Source: a virus (lineage: Duplodnaviria; Heunggongvirae; Uroviricota; Caudoviricetes). From it: a DNA stretch of 21,732 nucleotides. Shown piece by piece: positions 1-8,805 of the stretch (the stretch's first letter is position 1; every line of letters starts with the position of its first letter). The position numbers were made by a program, and so were the translations under genes. The notes beneath the pieces are model-generated. The model made no database searches. It was not told where the DNA came from and worked only from the letters and a program-made list of their open reading frames with translations. Location of the stretch: positions 1 through 21,732 of the IMG/VR virus record IMGVR_UViG_2663763286_000005. One strand, written 5' to 3'.

Positions 1-270
1 GGACATTACCGGACAACTGCTGCGGCACCTCAACTCCGATTTGATGAACGCAATATTCACAAGCAATGCGTGGTGTGCAACCAGCACAAAAGCGGAAATC
101 TCGTTCCGTATCGCGTCGAACTGATTAGCCGCATCGGGCAGGAAGCAGTAGAGGAAATCGAATCAAACCATAACCGCTATCGCTGGACTGTCGAAGAGTG
201 CAGGGCCATCAAGGCGGAGTATCAACAGAAACTTAAAAAACTGCGAAACAGCAGAAGTGAGGTTGCATGA
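1..270 (+). CDS. ninG: NinG/Rap-like protein, C-terminal fragment (5' end outside window)
   Basis: Reading frame is open from position 1 to the stop at 268-270. Cys-rich C-terminus (CVVCNQHK) recalled as resembling lambda NinG. Sits directly upstream of the lambda-type phosphatase as in the nin region. Confidence 0.55.
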   Translation, partial: GHYRTTAAAPQLRFDERNIHKQCVVCNQHKSGNLVPYRVELISRIGQEAVEEIESNHNRYRWTVEECRAIKAEYQQKLKKLRNSRSEVA

Positions 271-938
271 ATATCTACGAAAGAATTGATGGCAGCAAAT
301 ACCGAAATATTTGGGTAGTTGGCGATCTGCACGGATGCTACACGAACCTGATGAACAAACTGGATACGATTGGATTCGACACCAAAAAAGACCTGCTTAT
401 CTCGGTGGGCGATTTGGTTGATCGTGGTGCAGAGAACGTTGAATGCCTGGAATTAATCACATTCCCCTGGTTCAGAGCTGTACGTGGAAACCATGAGCAA
501 ATGATGATTGATGGCTTATCAGAGCGTGGAAACGTTAATCACTGGCTGCTTAATGGCGGTGGCTGGTTCTTTAATCTCGATTACGACAAAGAAATTCTGG
601 CTAAAGCTCTTGCCCATAAAGCAGAAGAACTTCCGTTAATCATCGAACTGGTGAGCAAAGGTAAAAAATATGTCATCTGCCACGCCGATTATCCTTGTGA
701 CGAATACGAATTTGGAAAGCCAGTTGATCATCAGCAGGTAATCTGGAACCGCGAACGAATCAGCAACTCACAAGACGGGATCGTTAAAGAAATTAAAGGT
801 GCGGACACGTTTATCTTTGGTCATACGCCAGCAGTGAAACCACTCAAATTTGCCAACCAGATGTATATCGATACTGGGGCAGTATTCTGCGGAAATCTCA
901 CATTGATTCAGGTACAGGGAGAAGGCGCGTGGGCATAA
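267..938 (+). CDS. Ser/Thr protein phosphatase, lambda PPase-like metallophosphoesterase
   Basis: 223 aa with the calcineurin-like motifs GDLHG, GDLVDRG and GNHE. Near-identical from memory to lambda ORF221 phosphatase. Start overlaps the upstream stop (ATGA). Confidence 0.9.
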   Translation: MNIYERIDGSKYRNIWVVGDLHGCYTNLMNKLDTIGFDTKKDLLISVGDLVDRGAENVECLELITFPWFRAVRGNHEQMMIDGLSERGNVNHWLLNGGGWFFNLDYDKEILAKALAHKAEELPLIIELVSKGKKYVICHADYPCDEYEFGKPVDHQQVIWNRERISNSQDGIVKEIKGADTFIFGHTPAVKPLKFANQMYIDTGAVFCGNLTLIQVQGEGAWA

Positions 939-1447
939 GAGAACTAAACCTCACCAAAGAACAGCATGAGTGGCTGAATGGCTGGCTTGAACTGTGGGGC
1001 GCATGGGTTTATTCAGGTCGTCTGGAAAAGCGCATGAGCAGCGTAATAGCTAAGTTCATGGAGAGCGTAGAGCCGGGAAGAGTTATGACAAGGCCAATGT
1101 GTAATGATGATGATGGAATGTTGATTTCTCAGGTCGTCGATTCCGTCATGTACATTGACAAGAAAGCCTTTGGAATCCTCCTCAGCTACTACGCTCATGG
1201 TTCATCTAAGCGAGCAATTGCATCCTACTATCACGCGACTGCAAAGCCACGCAAGATGTGTGGACGTGGTGGCGAGGGATGGAGAAAACCTTCACTGGCA
1301 ACCTGTAGAAACGAAATTGACGACATCCTGAAAGCGTCGTTATTTGTTTTGTACCAACCAATGCAAAATGCTTTCAAAATGCGTAAACGTGTTGAGAAAG
1401 TTAAGCATGTTGCTGTTAAAAGCCTTGACATGCAATTAGCCATTTAG
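929..1447 (+). CDS. Q: late-gene antiterminator Q, phage 21/82-type
   Basis: 172 aa between the nin region and the lysis cassette. Motifs [14 protein letters not shown] and LLSYY recalled from phage-21-type Q proteins. Overlaps the phosphatase gene end by 10 nt. Confidence 0.75.
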   Translation: MGIRELNLTKEQHEWLNGWLELWGAWVYSGRLEKRMSSVIAKFMESVEPGRVMTRPMCNDDDGMLISQVVDSVMYIDKKAFGILLSYYAHGSSKRAIASYYHATAKPRKMCGRGGEGWRKPSLATCRNEIDDILKASLFVLYQPMQNAFKMRKRVEKVKHVAVKSLDMQLAI

Positions 1448-1454
1448 CCATAAT
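1425..1454 (+). promoter_or_regulatory. candidate late promoter (pR'-like)
   Basis: TTGACA at 1425-1430 and CATAAT at 1449-1454 with an 18-nt spacer, just upstream of the tR'-like hairpin. Sequence-only prediction. Confidence 0.3.
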
Positions 1455-1465
1455 TAGCAGGTAAG

Positions 1466-1509
1466 CTGCCGTTAGTGACTCTTAAGTTGCAACGGTGGCT
1501 TTTTTATTT
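1466..1509 (+). terminator. tR'-like intrinsic terminator
   Basis: Stem ctgccgtt/aacggtgg (8 bp, 2 G-U) with a large loop, followed by cttttttattt. The flanking gcacaacaggtaagagcattga is recalled from lambda tR'. Confidence 0.5.
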
Positions 1510-1935
1510 GCACAACAGGTAAGAGCATTGAACCCGCAGACCTCGCGGAATTGGTGAAAGGTGCCGCGCAGTGCTCTTATCGTTGTGGTGAAGCTCAATG
1601 GCGAGCTAGCAGATAGGCGATAGTGAAAATACTAGTCATGTAGCTGACCGCCGCGCGTACTGCAATCGGCAGCGCACCGATGGAAGCCGGTTCGATTCCG
1701 GCCGCCACAACCCAAACTGAGCCGTAGCCACTGGCTGTCCTGAATTCATCAGTGATGGTTATGCTGCGGCCTTCTACACATGACCTTCGTGAAAGCGGGT
1801 GGCATGAGGTTGCGCTAACAACCTCCTGCCGTTTTGCCCGTGCATATCGGTCACGAACAAATCTGATTACTAAACACAGTAGCCTGGATTTGTTCTATCA
1901 GTAATCGACCTTATTCCTAATTAAATAGAGCAAAT

Positions 1936-1964
1936 CCCCTTATTGGGGGTAAGACATGAAGATG
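1936..1964 (+). promoter_or_regulatory. holin translation-initiation region: sdi-type hairpin plus dual start (Met1-Lys2-Met3)
   Basis: Hairpin cccct-tatt-ggggg at 1936-1949 immediately 5' of atgaagatg. Matches the lambda S107/S105 dual-start arrangement. Confidence 0.6.
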
Positions 1965-2279
1965 CCAGAAAAACATGACCTGTTAGCCGCCATTCTCGCG
2001 GCAAAGGAACAAGGTATCGGGGCAATCCTTGCGTTTGCAATGGCGTACCTTCGCGGCAGATATAATGGCGGTGCGTTTACAAAAACAGTAATCGACGCAA
2101 CGATGTGCGCCATTATCGCCTGGTTCATTCGTGACCTTCTCGACTTCGCCGGACTAAGTAGCAATCTCGCTTATATAACGAGCGTGTTCATCGGCTACAT
2201 CGGTACTGACTCGATTGGTTCGCTTATCAAACGCTTCGCTGCTAAAAAAGCCGGAGTAGAAGATGGTGGAAATCAATAA
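1956..2279 (+). CDS. S: class I holin S (S107 antiholin and S105 holin from dual starts)
   Basis: 107 aa, essentially identical from memory to lambda S ([20 protein letters not shown]...). Three hydrophobic segments. Confidence 0.95.
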   Translation: MKMPEKHDLLAAILAAKEQGIGAILAFAMAYLRGRYNGGAFTKTVIDATMCAIIAWFIRDLLDFAGLSSNLAYITSVFIGYIGTDSIGSLIKRFAAKKAGVEDGGNQ

Positions 2280-2739
2280 TCAACGTAAGGCGTTCCTCGA
2301 TATGCTGGCGTGGTCAGAGGGAACTGATAATGGACGTCAGAAAACCAGAAATCATGGTTATGACGTCATTGTAGGCGGAGAGCTATTCAATGATTACTCC
2401 GATCACCCTCGCAAACTTGTCACGCTAAACCCAAAACTCAAATCAACAGCAGCCGGACGTTACCAGCTTCTTTCCCGTTGGTGGGATGCCTATCGTAAGC
2501 AGCTTGGCCTGAAAGACTTCTCTCCGAAAAGCCAGGACGCTGTGGCATTGCAACAGATTAAAGAGCGTGGCGCTTTACCGATGATTGACCGCGGTGATAT
2601 TCGTCAGGCAATCGACCGTTGCAGCAATATCTGGGCTTCACTGCCGGGGGCTGGTTATGGTCAGTTCGAGCATAAGGCTGACAACCTGATTGCAAAATTC
2701 AAAGAAGCAGGCGGAACGGTCAGAGAGATTGAGGTATGA
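2263..2739 (+). CDS. R: endolysin R (lytic transglycosylase)
   Basis: 158 aa, near-identical from memory to lambda R ([26 protein letters not shown]...). Start lies inside the 3' end of S as in lambda. Confidence 0.95.
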   Translation: MVEINNQRKAFLDMLAWSEGTDNGRQKTRNHGYDVIVGGELFNDYSDHPRKLVTLNPKLKSTAAGRYQLLSRWWDAYRKQLGLKDFSPKSQDAVALQQIKERGALPMIDRGDIRQAIDRCSNIWASLPGAGYGQFEHKADNLIAKFKEAGGTVREIEV

Positions 2740-3173
2740 GCAGAGTAACCGCGATTATCTCCGCTCTGGTTATCTGCATCATCGTCTGCCTGTCGTGGAC
2801 GGTCAATCATTACCGTGATAACGCCATCGCCTATAAAGAGCAGCGCGATAAGGCCACATCCACAATCGCTGACATGCAGAAGCGTCAACGTGATGTAGCT
2901 GAACTCGATGCCAGATATACAAAGGAGCTTGCTGATGCTAACGCGACTATCGAAAGTCTCCGTGGTGATGTTTCTGCTGGTCGTAAGCGCCTGCAAGTCG
3001 CCGCCACCTGTGCAAAGTCAACGCCCGGAGCCAGCGGCATGGGCGATGGAGAAAGCCCAGGACTTACAGCAGATGCTGAACTCAATTATTACCGTCTCCG
3101 AAGTGGAATCGGCAAGATAACCGCGCAGGTTAACTACCTGCAGGAGTACATCAGGACGCAATGCCTTCGATGA
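2736..3173 (+). CDS. Rz: i-spanin Rz
   Basis: 145 aa with an N-terminal transmembrane segment and coiled-coil region, similar to lambda Rz. ATGA overlap with R. Confidence 0.9.
   Translation: MSRVTAIISALVICIIVCLSWTVNHYRDNAIAYKEQRDKATSTIADMQKRQRDVAELDARYTKELADANATIESLRGDVSAGRKRLQVAATCAKSTPGASGMGDGESPGLTADAELNYYRLRSGIGKITAQVNYLQEYIRTQCLR
2935..3120 (+). CDS. Rz1: o-spanin Rz1 lipoprotein, embedded in Rz in the +1 frame
   Basis: AAGGAG at 2922-2927 sits 7 nt before ATG 2935. Signal peptide with lipobox VVSAC, then a Pro-rich mature part ([13 protein letters not shown]). The ORF opens at 2908 but 2935 has the proper ribosome-binding site. Confidence 0.8.
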   Translation: MLTRLSKVSVVMFLLVVSACKSPPPVQSQRPEPAAWAMEKAQDLQQMLNSIITVSEVESAR

Positions 3174-3347
3174 TAGCGATAATTTTACTCATCATCCTTC
3201 ACATCTGGCTCTGTAGACAGGGTGGTGATCACTTCTGGAGTAAATCCAGATTAAACATCTCATTGCTGATGCTTGATATTGAGCATCTTGCGCGCGGTAA
3301 GGGGCTGCGTTGAGATAAGAGCCAGTCATTACAAATACCAGGATTTA

Positions 3348-3373
3348 GCCTCGCATTCGCGGGGCTTTTTATT
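3348..3373 (+). terminator. intrinsic terminator downstream of the lysis cassette
   Basis: Stem gcctcgc/gcggggc with loop attc, followed by ctttttatt. Confidence 0.5.
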
Positions 3374-3391
3374 GCAACAAAGGTAAAGACG

Positions 3392-3679
3392 ATGGATGAA
3401 GAATATCGTAAAGACCTGCAACTGTGGTTTGGTCTTACGCATGCGCCGTTCTGCGTGATGCCGCGAGTATTCATGGAGGCTATGCCGCCAGAATGGCAAG
3501 AGAAGATGGCTCAGTTGCTTTTTGAGTATAGCGACACAATCAAAACGGATGTCTGCGGAGTTCACAGCTGTTTTGTTACTGCCAAAGACGGCAACAACCG
3601 CTTTATGAGGATGCCAGAAGATATTCTGAACTATCGTCATCCCCGACGTGAATTCATCGAATCAGTTCTGAAGAAGTAG
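3392..3679 (+). CDS. hypothetical Cys/His-containing protein
   Basis: 95-aa ORF with a ribosome-binding site (aaggtaaag) upstream. Contains 3 Cys and several His (FCVMPR, DVCGVHSCF). No family recognised. Confidence 0.55.
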   Translation: MDEEYRKDLQLWFGLTHAPFCVMPRVFMEAMPPEWQEKMAQLLFEYSDTIKTDVCGVHSCFVTAKDGNNRFMRMPEDILNYRHPRREFIESVLKK

Positions 3680-3965
3680 CCATTACAAAGCCTATCTACG
3701 GGTGGGCTTGATAATGAAACCAGAGTTTATTCTTGGCAACCAGTTACGGCAGTACAGCGAAACAACCCAAGCCAGTAAGTGGGGAAATAACACTGGCAGC
3801 CACTGAAAGATGAACCCCCTGCCTTATGGCAAAAAAGATTCTTTGTGGTGGCGGACTGATGGAAAGACATCGGATAGAATAAAACAGTGGCTAGGGTAGC
3901 TCCCGAAAAGCGGAATCGTCACCGCCAGCCACTGAATCTATGACGAACAACTAGACGAGGTTGAT

Positions 3966-4124
3966 ATGAGTGAAATTGATAAAATAATAAATGGTACATG
4001 TAACTTTCAATCAATACCGCCAGGTAGTTATGTAAAACAATGTAGTGAAATAGTTAATGGTCAGCTTGTAATGTCAAATGCAGGACGCGGAGTTTTTCTA
4101 CGGATGAAAAAAATCAATAAATGA
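3966..4124 (+). CDS. hypothetical small protein (52 aa) in AT-rich island
   Basis: ATG at 3966 preceded by gagg 7 nt upstream. AT-rich codon usage unlike its neighbours. Below the ORF-track size cut-off, translated by hand. Confidence 0.3.
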   Translation: MSEIDKIINGTCNFQSIPPGSYVKQCSEIVNGQLVMSNAGRGVFLRMKKINK

Positions 4125-4355
4125 AGCCCTGTTAAGCATCAATGTTTTTGACTTGTTTCGCCCATCTTGGGTTATCTTGCAAAATAGTAGCCAATTCCCA
4201 CATTATTGATAATTAATTATTAAATTGGTCGCTAAGTCGGCCTTTTTTATTGCCATCACAAAAGCCATTCCCTACAGAGTGGCTTTGATAATGGCTTATA
4301 CCCTACACGGGATAACTTAACTGATATCCCTTTTAACGGATAAACGGAGCCAACA

Positions 4356-4598
4356 ATGGCAGAGATTATTCCCATGACTGAAGAACAGAAATTCAAGTTA
4401 GAAATTTACCGACTGCTATCTAAGAACAATTCAGCGGCAGAGGAGGCTTTTGCATTCATTGGTGCTGACCAGTTGAAACTGGAATTGTTCAAGTTGCACT
4501 ACAACGATGGCGGTGCAAATCCAGACTTCACATCTCGCACTATCGAAGCGGTGCGTAAATCGAAGGAAGCGTTAGACCTGTTCACTACCGGAGCATAA
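4356..4598 (+). CDS. hypothetical protein upstream of terminase
   Basis: 80-aa ORF with acggag 8 nt before the ATG. Same strand and spacing as the packaging genes. Confidence 0.5.
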   Translation: MAEIIPMTEEQKFKLEIYRLLSKNNSAAEEAFAFIGADQLKLELFKLHYNDGGANPDFTSRTIEAVRKSKEALDLFTTGA

Positions 4599-4677
4599 AC
4601 ATGGCAACTCAAGGTTTCGACAACCCATCCAAATTCCGCGATGAATGGGATAAGCAAGCAGAAGGGAAATAATCAAT

Positions 4678-5103
4678 ATGGCGACTGAGAAAAAGAAAGG
4701 TGGTCGCCCCTCTGATTATATGCCGGAGGTGGCTAATGACATTTGCGCATTGCTTTCCTCCGGTGAGAGTCTGCGCAAAGTTTGCGAACGCCCAGGAATG
4801 CCGAGCAAAACATCAGTTTTTCGCTGGCTGGCTGAACATCAGGAGTTTCGTGACCAGTACGCGAAGGCAACAGAGACTCGGGCCGACTCTATTTTCGAAG
4901 AGATATTCGAAATTGCTGACGACGTAATCCCTGATGCCGCCGAGGTGGCAAAGGCAAGACTTCGCGTTGATACCCGCAAATGGGCGCTGGCCAGAATGAA
5001 TCCCCGTAAGTATGGCGACAAGGTAACTAATGAGCTTGTCGGCAAAGACGGCGGCGCAATCCAGATTGAAACATCACCTATGAGCACTCTATTCGGAAAA
5101 TGA
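4678..5103 (+). CDS. terS: terminase small subunit (Sf6 gp1-like)
   Basis: 141 aa, recalled as highly similar to Shigella phage Sf6 gp1 (MAT...GRPSDYMPEV...). Directly precedes and overlaps TerL. Confidence 0.9.
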   Translation: MATEKKKGGRPSDYMPEVANDICALLSSGESLRKVCERPGMPSKTSVFRWLAEHQEFRDQYAKATETRADSIFEEIFEIADDVIPDAAEVAKARLRVDTRKWALARMNPRKYGDKVTNELVGKDGGAIQIETSPMSTLFGK

Positions 5104-6515
5104 CCTCGATTAATCCTATCTTTGAACCGTTCATTGAGGCGCATCGCTACAAAGTCGCCAAAGGCGGTCGAGGTAGCGGTAAGTCATGGGCAATTGCGAG
5201 ACTGCTTGTTGAAGCGGCGCGTCGGCAGCCAGTGCGTATTCTCTGCGCTCGTGAACTGCAAAACAGTATCAGCGATTCGGTAATCCGGTTGCTTGAAGAT
5301 ACCATCGAGCGTGAAGGGTATTCGGCTGAGTTTGAAATTCAGCGTTCAATGATTCGTCATCTCGGAACGAATGCTGAATTCATGTTCTACGGCATCAAAA
5401 ACAACCCGACGAAGATTAAATCGCTCGAAGGTATTGATATCTGCTGGGTGGAAGAAGCGGAAGCGGTAACGAAGGAATCATGGGATATCCTGATACCAAC
5501 CATCCGTAAGCCGTTCTCTGAAATATGGGTGAGCTTTAACCCGAAAAACATCCTCGACGATACCTATCAGCGATTCGTCGTAAACCCTCCTGATGATATT
5601 TGTCTGCTGACGGTGAACTACACCGACAATCCGCACTTTCCTGAAGTTCTCCGTCTGGAGATGGAAGAGTGTAAACGCAGAAACCCGACACTGTATCGTC
5701 ACATCTGGCTTGGTGAGCCGGTAAGCGCAAGTGATATGGCAATCATCAAACGTGAATGGCTTGAAGCCGCAACCGATGCGCACAAGAAACTCGGATGGAA
5801 AGCGAAAGGCGCTGTTGTCTCTGCGCATGACCCGTCAGATACAGGACCGGATGCTAAAGGTTATGCATCGCGCCACGGTTCGGTAGTTAAGCGCATTGCC
5901 GAAGGCTTGCTGATGGACATCAATGAAGGTGCTGACTGGGCAACTTCGCTGGCGATTGAAGACGGCGCTGACCATTACCTGTGGGATGGTGATGGCGTCG
6001 GTGCGGGGCTACGCAGACAGACAACGGAAGCGTTCTCCGGCAAGAAAATCACCGCCACGATGTTCAAGGGCAGCGAATCGCCATTCGATGAAGATGCACC
6101 GTATCAGGCCGGAGCATGGGCTGATGAAGTCGTACAGGGCGACAACGTTCGCACTATTGGCGATGTGTTCCGCAATAAGCGAGCGCAATTCTATTACGCG
6201 CTGGCTGACAGGCTGTATCTGACATATCGGGCGGTTGTCCACTGTGAGTATGCAGACCCCGACGACATGCTGAGTTTCGACAAAGAAGCGATAGGCGAGA
6301 AGATGCTGGAGAAGCTGTTTGCAGAACTGACGCAGATTCAGCGCAAATTCAATAACAACGGGAAGTTGGAGCTAATGACTAAGGTCGAAATGAAGCAGAA
6401 GCTCGGTATTCCATCTCCTAACCTGGCTGATGCGCTGATGATGTGTATGCATTGCCCGGAGTCGGCTGCGCAACCCGACTATTCCAGTTACTCAATTCCT
6501 TGTGGTGTAGGTTGA
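5100..6515 (+). CDS. terL: terminase large subunit (Sf6 gp2-like)
   Basis: 471 aa with Walker A GGRGSGKS and a C-terminal nuclease region. Sf6 gp2-like from memory. Confidence 0.95.
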   Translation: MTSINPIFEPFIEAHRYKVAKGGRGSGKSWAIARLLVEAARRQPVRILCARELQNSISDSVIRLLEDTIEREGYSAEFEIQRSMIRHLGTNAEFMFYGIKNNPTKIKSLEGIDICWVEEAEAVTKESWDILIPTIRKPFSEIWVSFNPKNILDDTYQRFVVNPPDDICLLTVNYTDNPHFPEVLRLEMEECKRRNPTLYRHIWLGEPVSASDMAIIKREWLEAATDAHKKLGWKAKGAVVSAHDPSDTGPDAKGYASRHGSVVKRIAEGLLMDINEGADWATSLAIEDGADHYLWDGDGVGAGLRRQTTEAFSGKKITATMFKGSESPFDEDAPYQAGAWADEVVQGDNVRTIGDVFRNKRAQFYYALADRLYLTYRAVVHCEYADPDDMLSFDKEAIGEKMLEKLFAELTQIQRKFNNNGKLELMTKVEMKQKLGIPSPNLADALMMCMHCPESAAQPDYSSYSIPCGVG

Positions 6516-6516
6516 T

Positions 6517-8715
6517 ATGGCAGAAAAAAAGATGACTGACTGGCATCGCAAGGTGCTGTGCAACTTTGATAATGCCTGGTCAGCAACACAGGATATGCGT
6601 GAGCAGATTATAGAAGCTCAACGTTTCGTCCGGGTGTCCGGCGCACAGTGGGAAGGCAGCACAAACGCTGGTTACTCATTTGATGAAGGCAGGTTTGAGC
6701 ATTACCCGCGCTTTGAGCTGAATAAGATTGCCCGTGAATGTGATCGCATCATTGGCGAGTATCGACAGAATCGCATCAGCGTTAAATTCAGGCCGAAGGA
6801 CGATAAGGCATCGGAAGCGTTAGCCGAAAAGATGAACGGCAAATTCCGCGCTGACTATCAGGAAACATCCGGTGGCGAAGCGTGTGATAACGCATTTGAT
6901 GATGCTGTAACTGGCGGATTCGGTTGTTTCCGCATGTGTGCCGATTACGAAGATGAAATGGATCCGAGTAACGAGCAGCGACGCATCAGTCTTCTTCCTG
7001 TTTACGACCCGGCGACATGCGTCTTCTTCGATCAGGACAGCAAGCAATATGACCGCTCTGATGCTATGTGGGCTATGGAAATGTTCTCCATGACGCCTAA
7101 AGCGTTCGAGGCTGAATACCCTGATTCCACCGCGGCAAGCCTTTCTCGTGATGACACTGGCACTCAATATGACTGGTCAACGCCCGATGCCATCTATGTT
7201 GGACGCTACTACGAAGTTCGCATAGAGAAGGTGAAGCTCACGGCGTGGCGCAACCCTGTTAGCGGAGAAACGGCAATCTATGATGAAGAGCAAATCAAAG
7301 ATATTGTCGACGAACTGACCGATGGTGCATTCGAACTGATTGGCGAGCGAACGGTGAGGAAGCGCCGCGTTTATTGCGGTCTTCTGTCTGGCGCTGAATG
7401 GCTGGAAGAACCGAAGCGTATTCCGGGCGAACATATTCCTCTCATCCCGGTATATGGGCGTCGATCATTTGTTGATAATCAGGAGCGAATCGAAGGCCAC
7501 GCAGCAAAAGCGATGGATGCACAGCGTCTTGAGAACCTGATGGTTTCCATGATTGCAGATAACGCTACTCAGGCTGGCGGTGATGGCATTCCTGTAGTTG
7601 ATGTTGACATGATTCCTGGTCCTCTCGCCACTCATTGGGCGGAGCGCAACAAAAAGCGCCCGGCGTTCCTGCCGATGGTCAGTCTGAAAAACAAAAACGG
7701 AGATATTACTGCGCAGGCTCAGGTCAGCAGTTATACACCTCCGACACAAATGCCTCCTGCTCTTGCCGGGCTATTGCAGTACACCGGAACGGCTATTCAG
7801 CAAATTACAGGTGCGTCGCAGCTTGAGAACATGCCGAGCAACGTCGCCACCGATACCGTTGATAGCATCTTTAACCGGATGGACACGCAGTCCTATATCT
7901 ACATGGACAACATGGCTAAATCCATGCGCCGTGCTGGCGTAGTGTGGCTTTCTATGGCTCGTGAAGTCTATGGCAGCGATACGCCAATGCGCATCGTTAA
8001 TGAGGATGGCAGCGATGACGTGGCGCTGATGACTGGTGAAGTGGTTGACCGTCAGACAGGGCAGGTTATCGCGCTTAACGACCTTTCGCAGGGTAACTAC
8101 GAAGTGACTGTCGATGTCGGTCAGTCGTTCGCTACTCGCCGTGATGCAACGGTTAAGTCGTTACTTTCCATGCTGGCACTTATCCCGCCAGGAACGCCGA
8201 AGCATGAACTTGTATCGTCGATGATTCTCGACAATATGGACGGCGAAGGGATGGACGACCTGAAAGAATACAACCGCAATCAGTTGCTTCTGTCTGGCGT
8301 TATCAAGCCGAGAACGCCTGAAGAACAGCAGATGGTTGAACAGGCGAAACAACAACAGGCCAGTCAGCCAGATCCGGCTATGGTTGCAGCGCAAGGTCAG
8401 CTTCTTGCTGGTCAGGCTGAATTGCAGAAAGCGCAGAACGAACAGGCAGCCATTCAGGTTAAAGCATTCCAGGCACAGACTGATGCTCAGGTTGCAGCGG
8501 CAAATGTTGTGAAAATACTCGCATCTGCCGATAGTCAGCAGAAATCTGATATCCGCGAGGCTCTGAAACTGCTCGGACAGTTCCAGCAACAGCAAGGAGA
8601 CAATGCCCGTGCTGATGCAGAGCTTGTCCTGAAAAGTCAGGCACAGGGCCATGCGCAGCGCATGGACATCAGCAGCATCCTGCAAAAATCAACTCAGCAA
8701 CAACCACAGCAGTAA
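6517..8715 (+). CDS. portal protein (P22 gp1-like)
   Basis: 732 aa immediately after TerL. Gln-rich C-terminal helical extension typical of P22-like portals. Confidence 0.9.
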   Translation: MAEKKMTDWHRKVLCNFDNAWSATQDMREQIIEAQRFVRVSGAQWEGSTNAGYSFDEGRFEHYPRFELNKIARECDRIIGEYRQNRISVKFRPKDDKASEALAEKMNGKFRADYQETSGGEACDNAFDDAVTGGFGCFRMCADYEDEMDPSNEQRRISLLPVYDPATCVFFDQDSKQYDRSDAMWAMEMFSMTPKAFEAEYPDSTAASLSRDDTGTQYDWSTPDAIYVGRYYEVRIEKVKLTAWRNPVSGETAIYDEEQIKDIVDELTDGAFELIGERTVRKRRVYCGLLSGAEWLEEPKRIPGEHIPLIPVYGRRSFVDNQERIEGHAAKAMDAQRLENLMVSMIADNATQAGGDGIPVVDVDMIPGPLATHWAERNKKRPAFLPMVSLKNKNGDITAQAQVSSYTPPTQMPPALAGLLQYTGTAIQQITGASQLENMPSNVATDTVDSIFNRMDTQSYIYMDNMAKSMRRAGVVWLSMAREVYGSDTPMRIVNEDGSDDVALMTGEVVDRQTGQVIALNDLSQGNYEVTVDVGQSFATRRDATVKSLLSMLALIPPGTPKHELVSSMILDNMDGEGMDDLKEYNRNQLLLSGVIKPRTPEEQQMVEQAKQQQASQPDPAMVAAQGQLLAGQAELQKAQNEQAAIQVKAFQAQTDAQVAAANVVKILASADSQQKSDIREALKLLGQFQQQQGDNARADAELVLKSQAQGHAQRMDISSILQKSTQQQPQQ

Positions 8716-8805
8716 TTAACCCATAACGTGCAATGGCTGTCTTTATGAGGCCAGGCACCCTATTGCCTTCCGATGGGCTGAACATCGAGTAAACAGGGGT
8801 AACAA

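Noticed and set aside
1584-1713. A complete tRNA gene between Q and S
   Set aside because: Only the T-arm and an anticodon-like stem fold. The acceptor partner is ~126 nt away, there is no D-arm, U33 is absent and no CCA follows. Treated as a tRNA-like relic and reported as a finding only.
1448-1955. Shiga toxin (stx) or other toxin cargo between Q and the holin, as in 933W-type phages
   Set aside because: The interval is only ~500 bp with no ORF of useful size. The sequence from ~1706 on is recalled as the lambda S leader.
3229-3474. Lambda bor-like lipoprotein gene on the minus strand after Rz
   Set aside because: The 81-aa minus-strand ORF has no signal peptide or lipobox, overlaps the terminator and the start of the 95-aa + strand gene, and does not resemble Bor.
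4149-4179. Promoter at TTGACT (4149-4154)
   Set aside because: The -35 is good, but the best -10 candidates (gttatc, tatctt) are weak. Kept only as part of the island finding.
4601-4672. 23-aa micro-ORF between the 80-aa gene and terS
   Set aside because: Too short to support from sequence alone. More likely spacer carrying the terS ribosome-binding site.
4700-4927. 75-aa ORF in an alternative frame inside terS
   Set aside because: Same-strand overlapping frame within a confidently identified TerS gene, with no start context.
8161-8685. 174-aa minus-strand ORF inside the portal gene
   Set aside because: Lies wholly antisense to the portal coding sequence and has low-complexity Leu/Arg-rich composition typical of a shadow frame.
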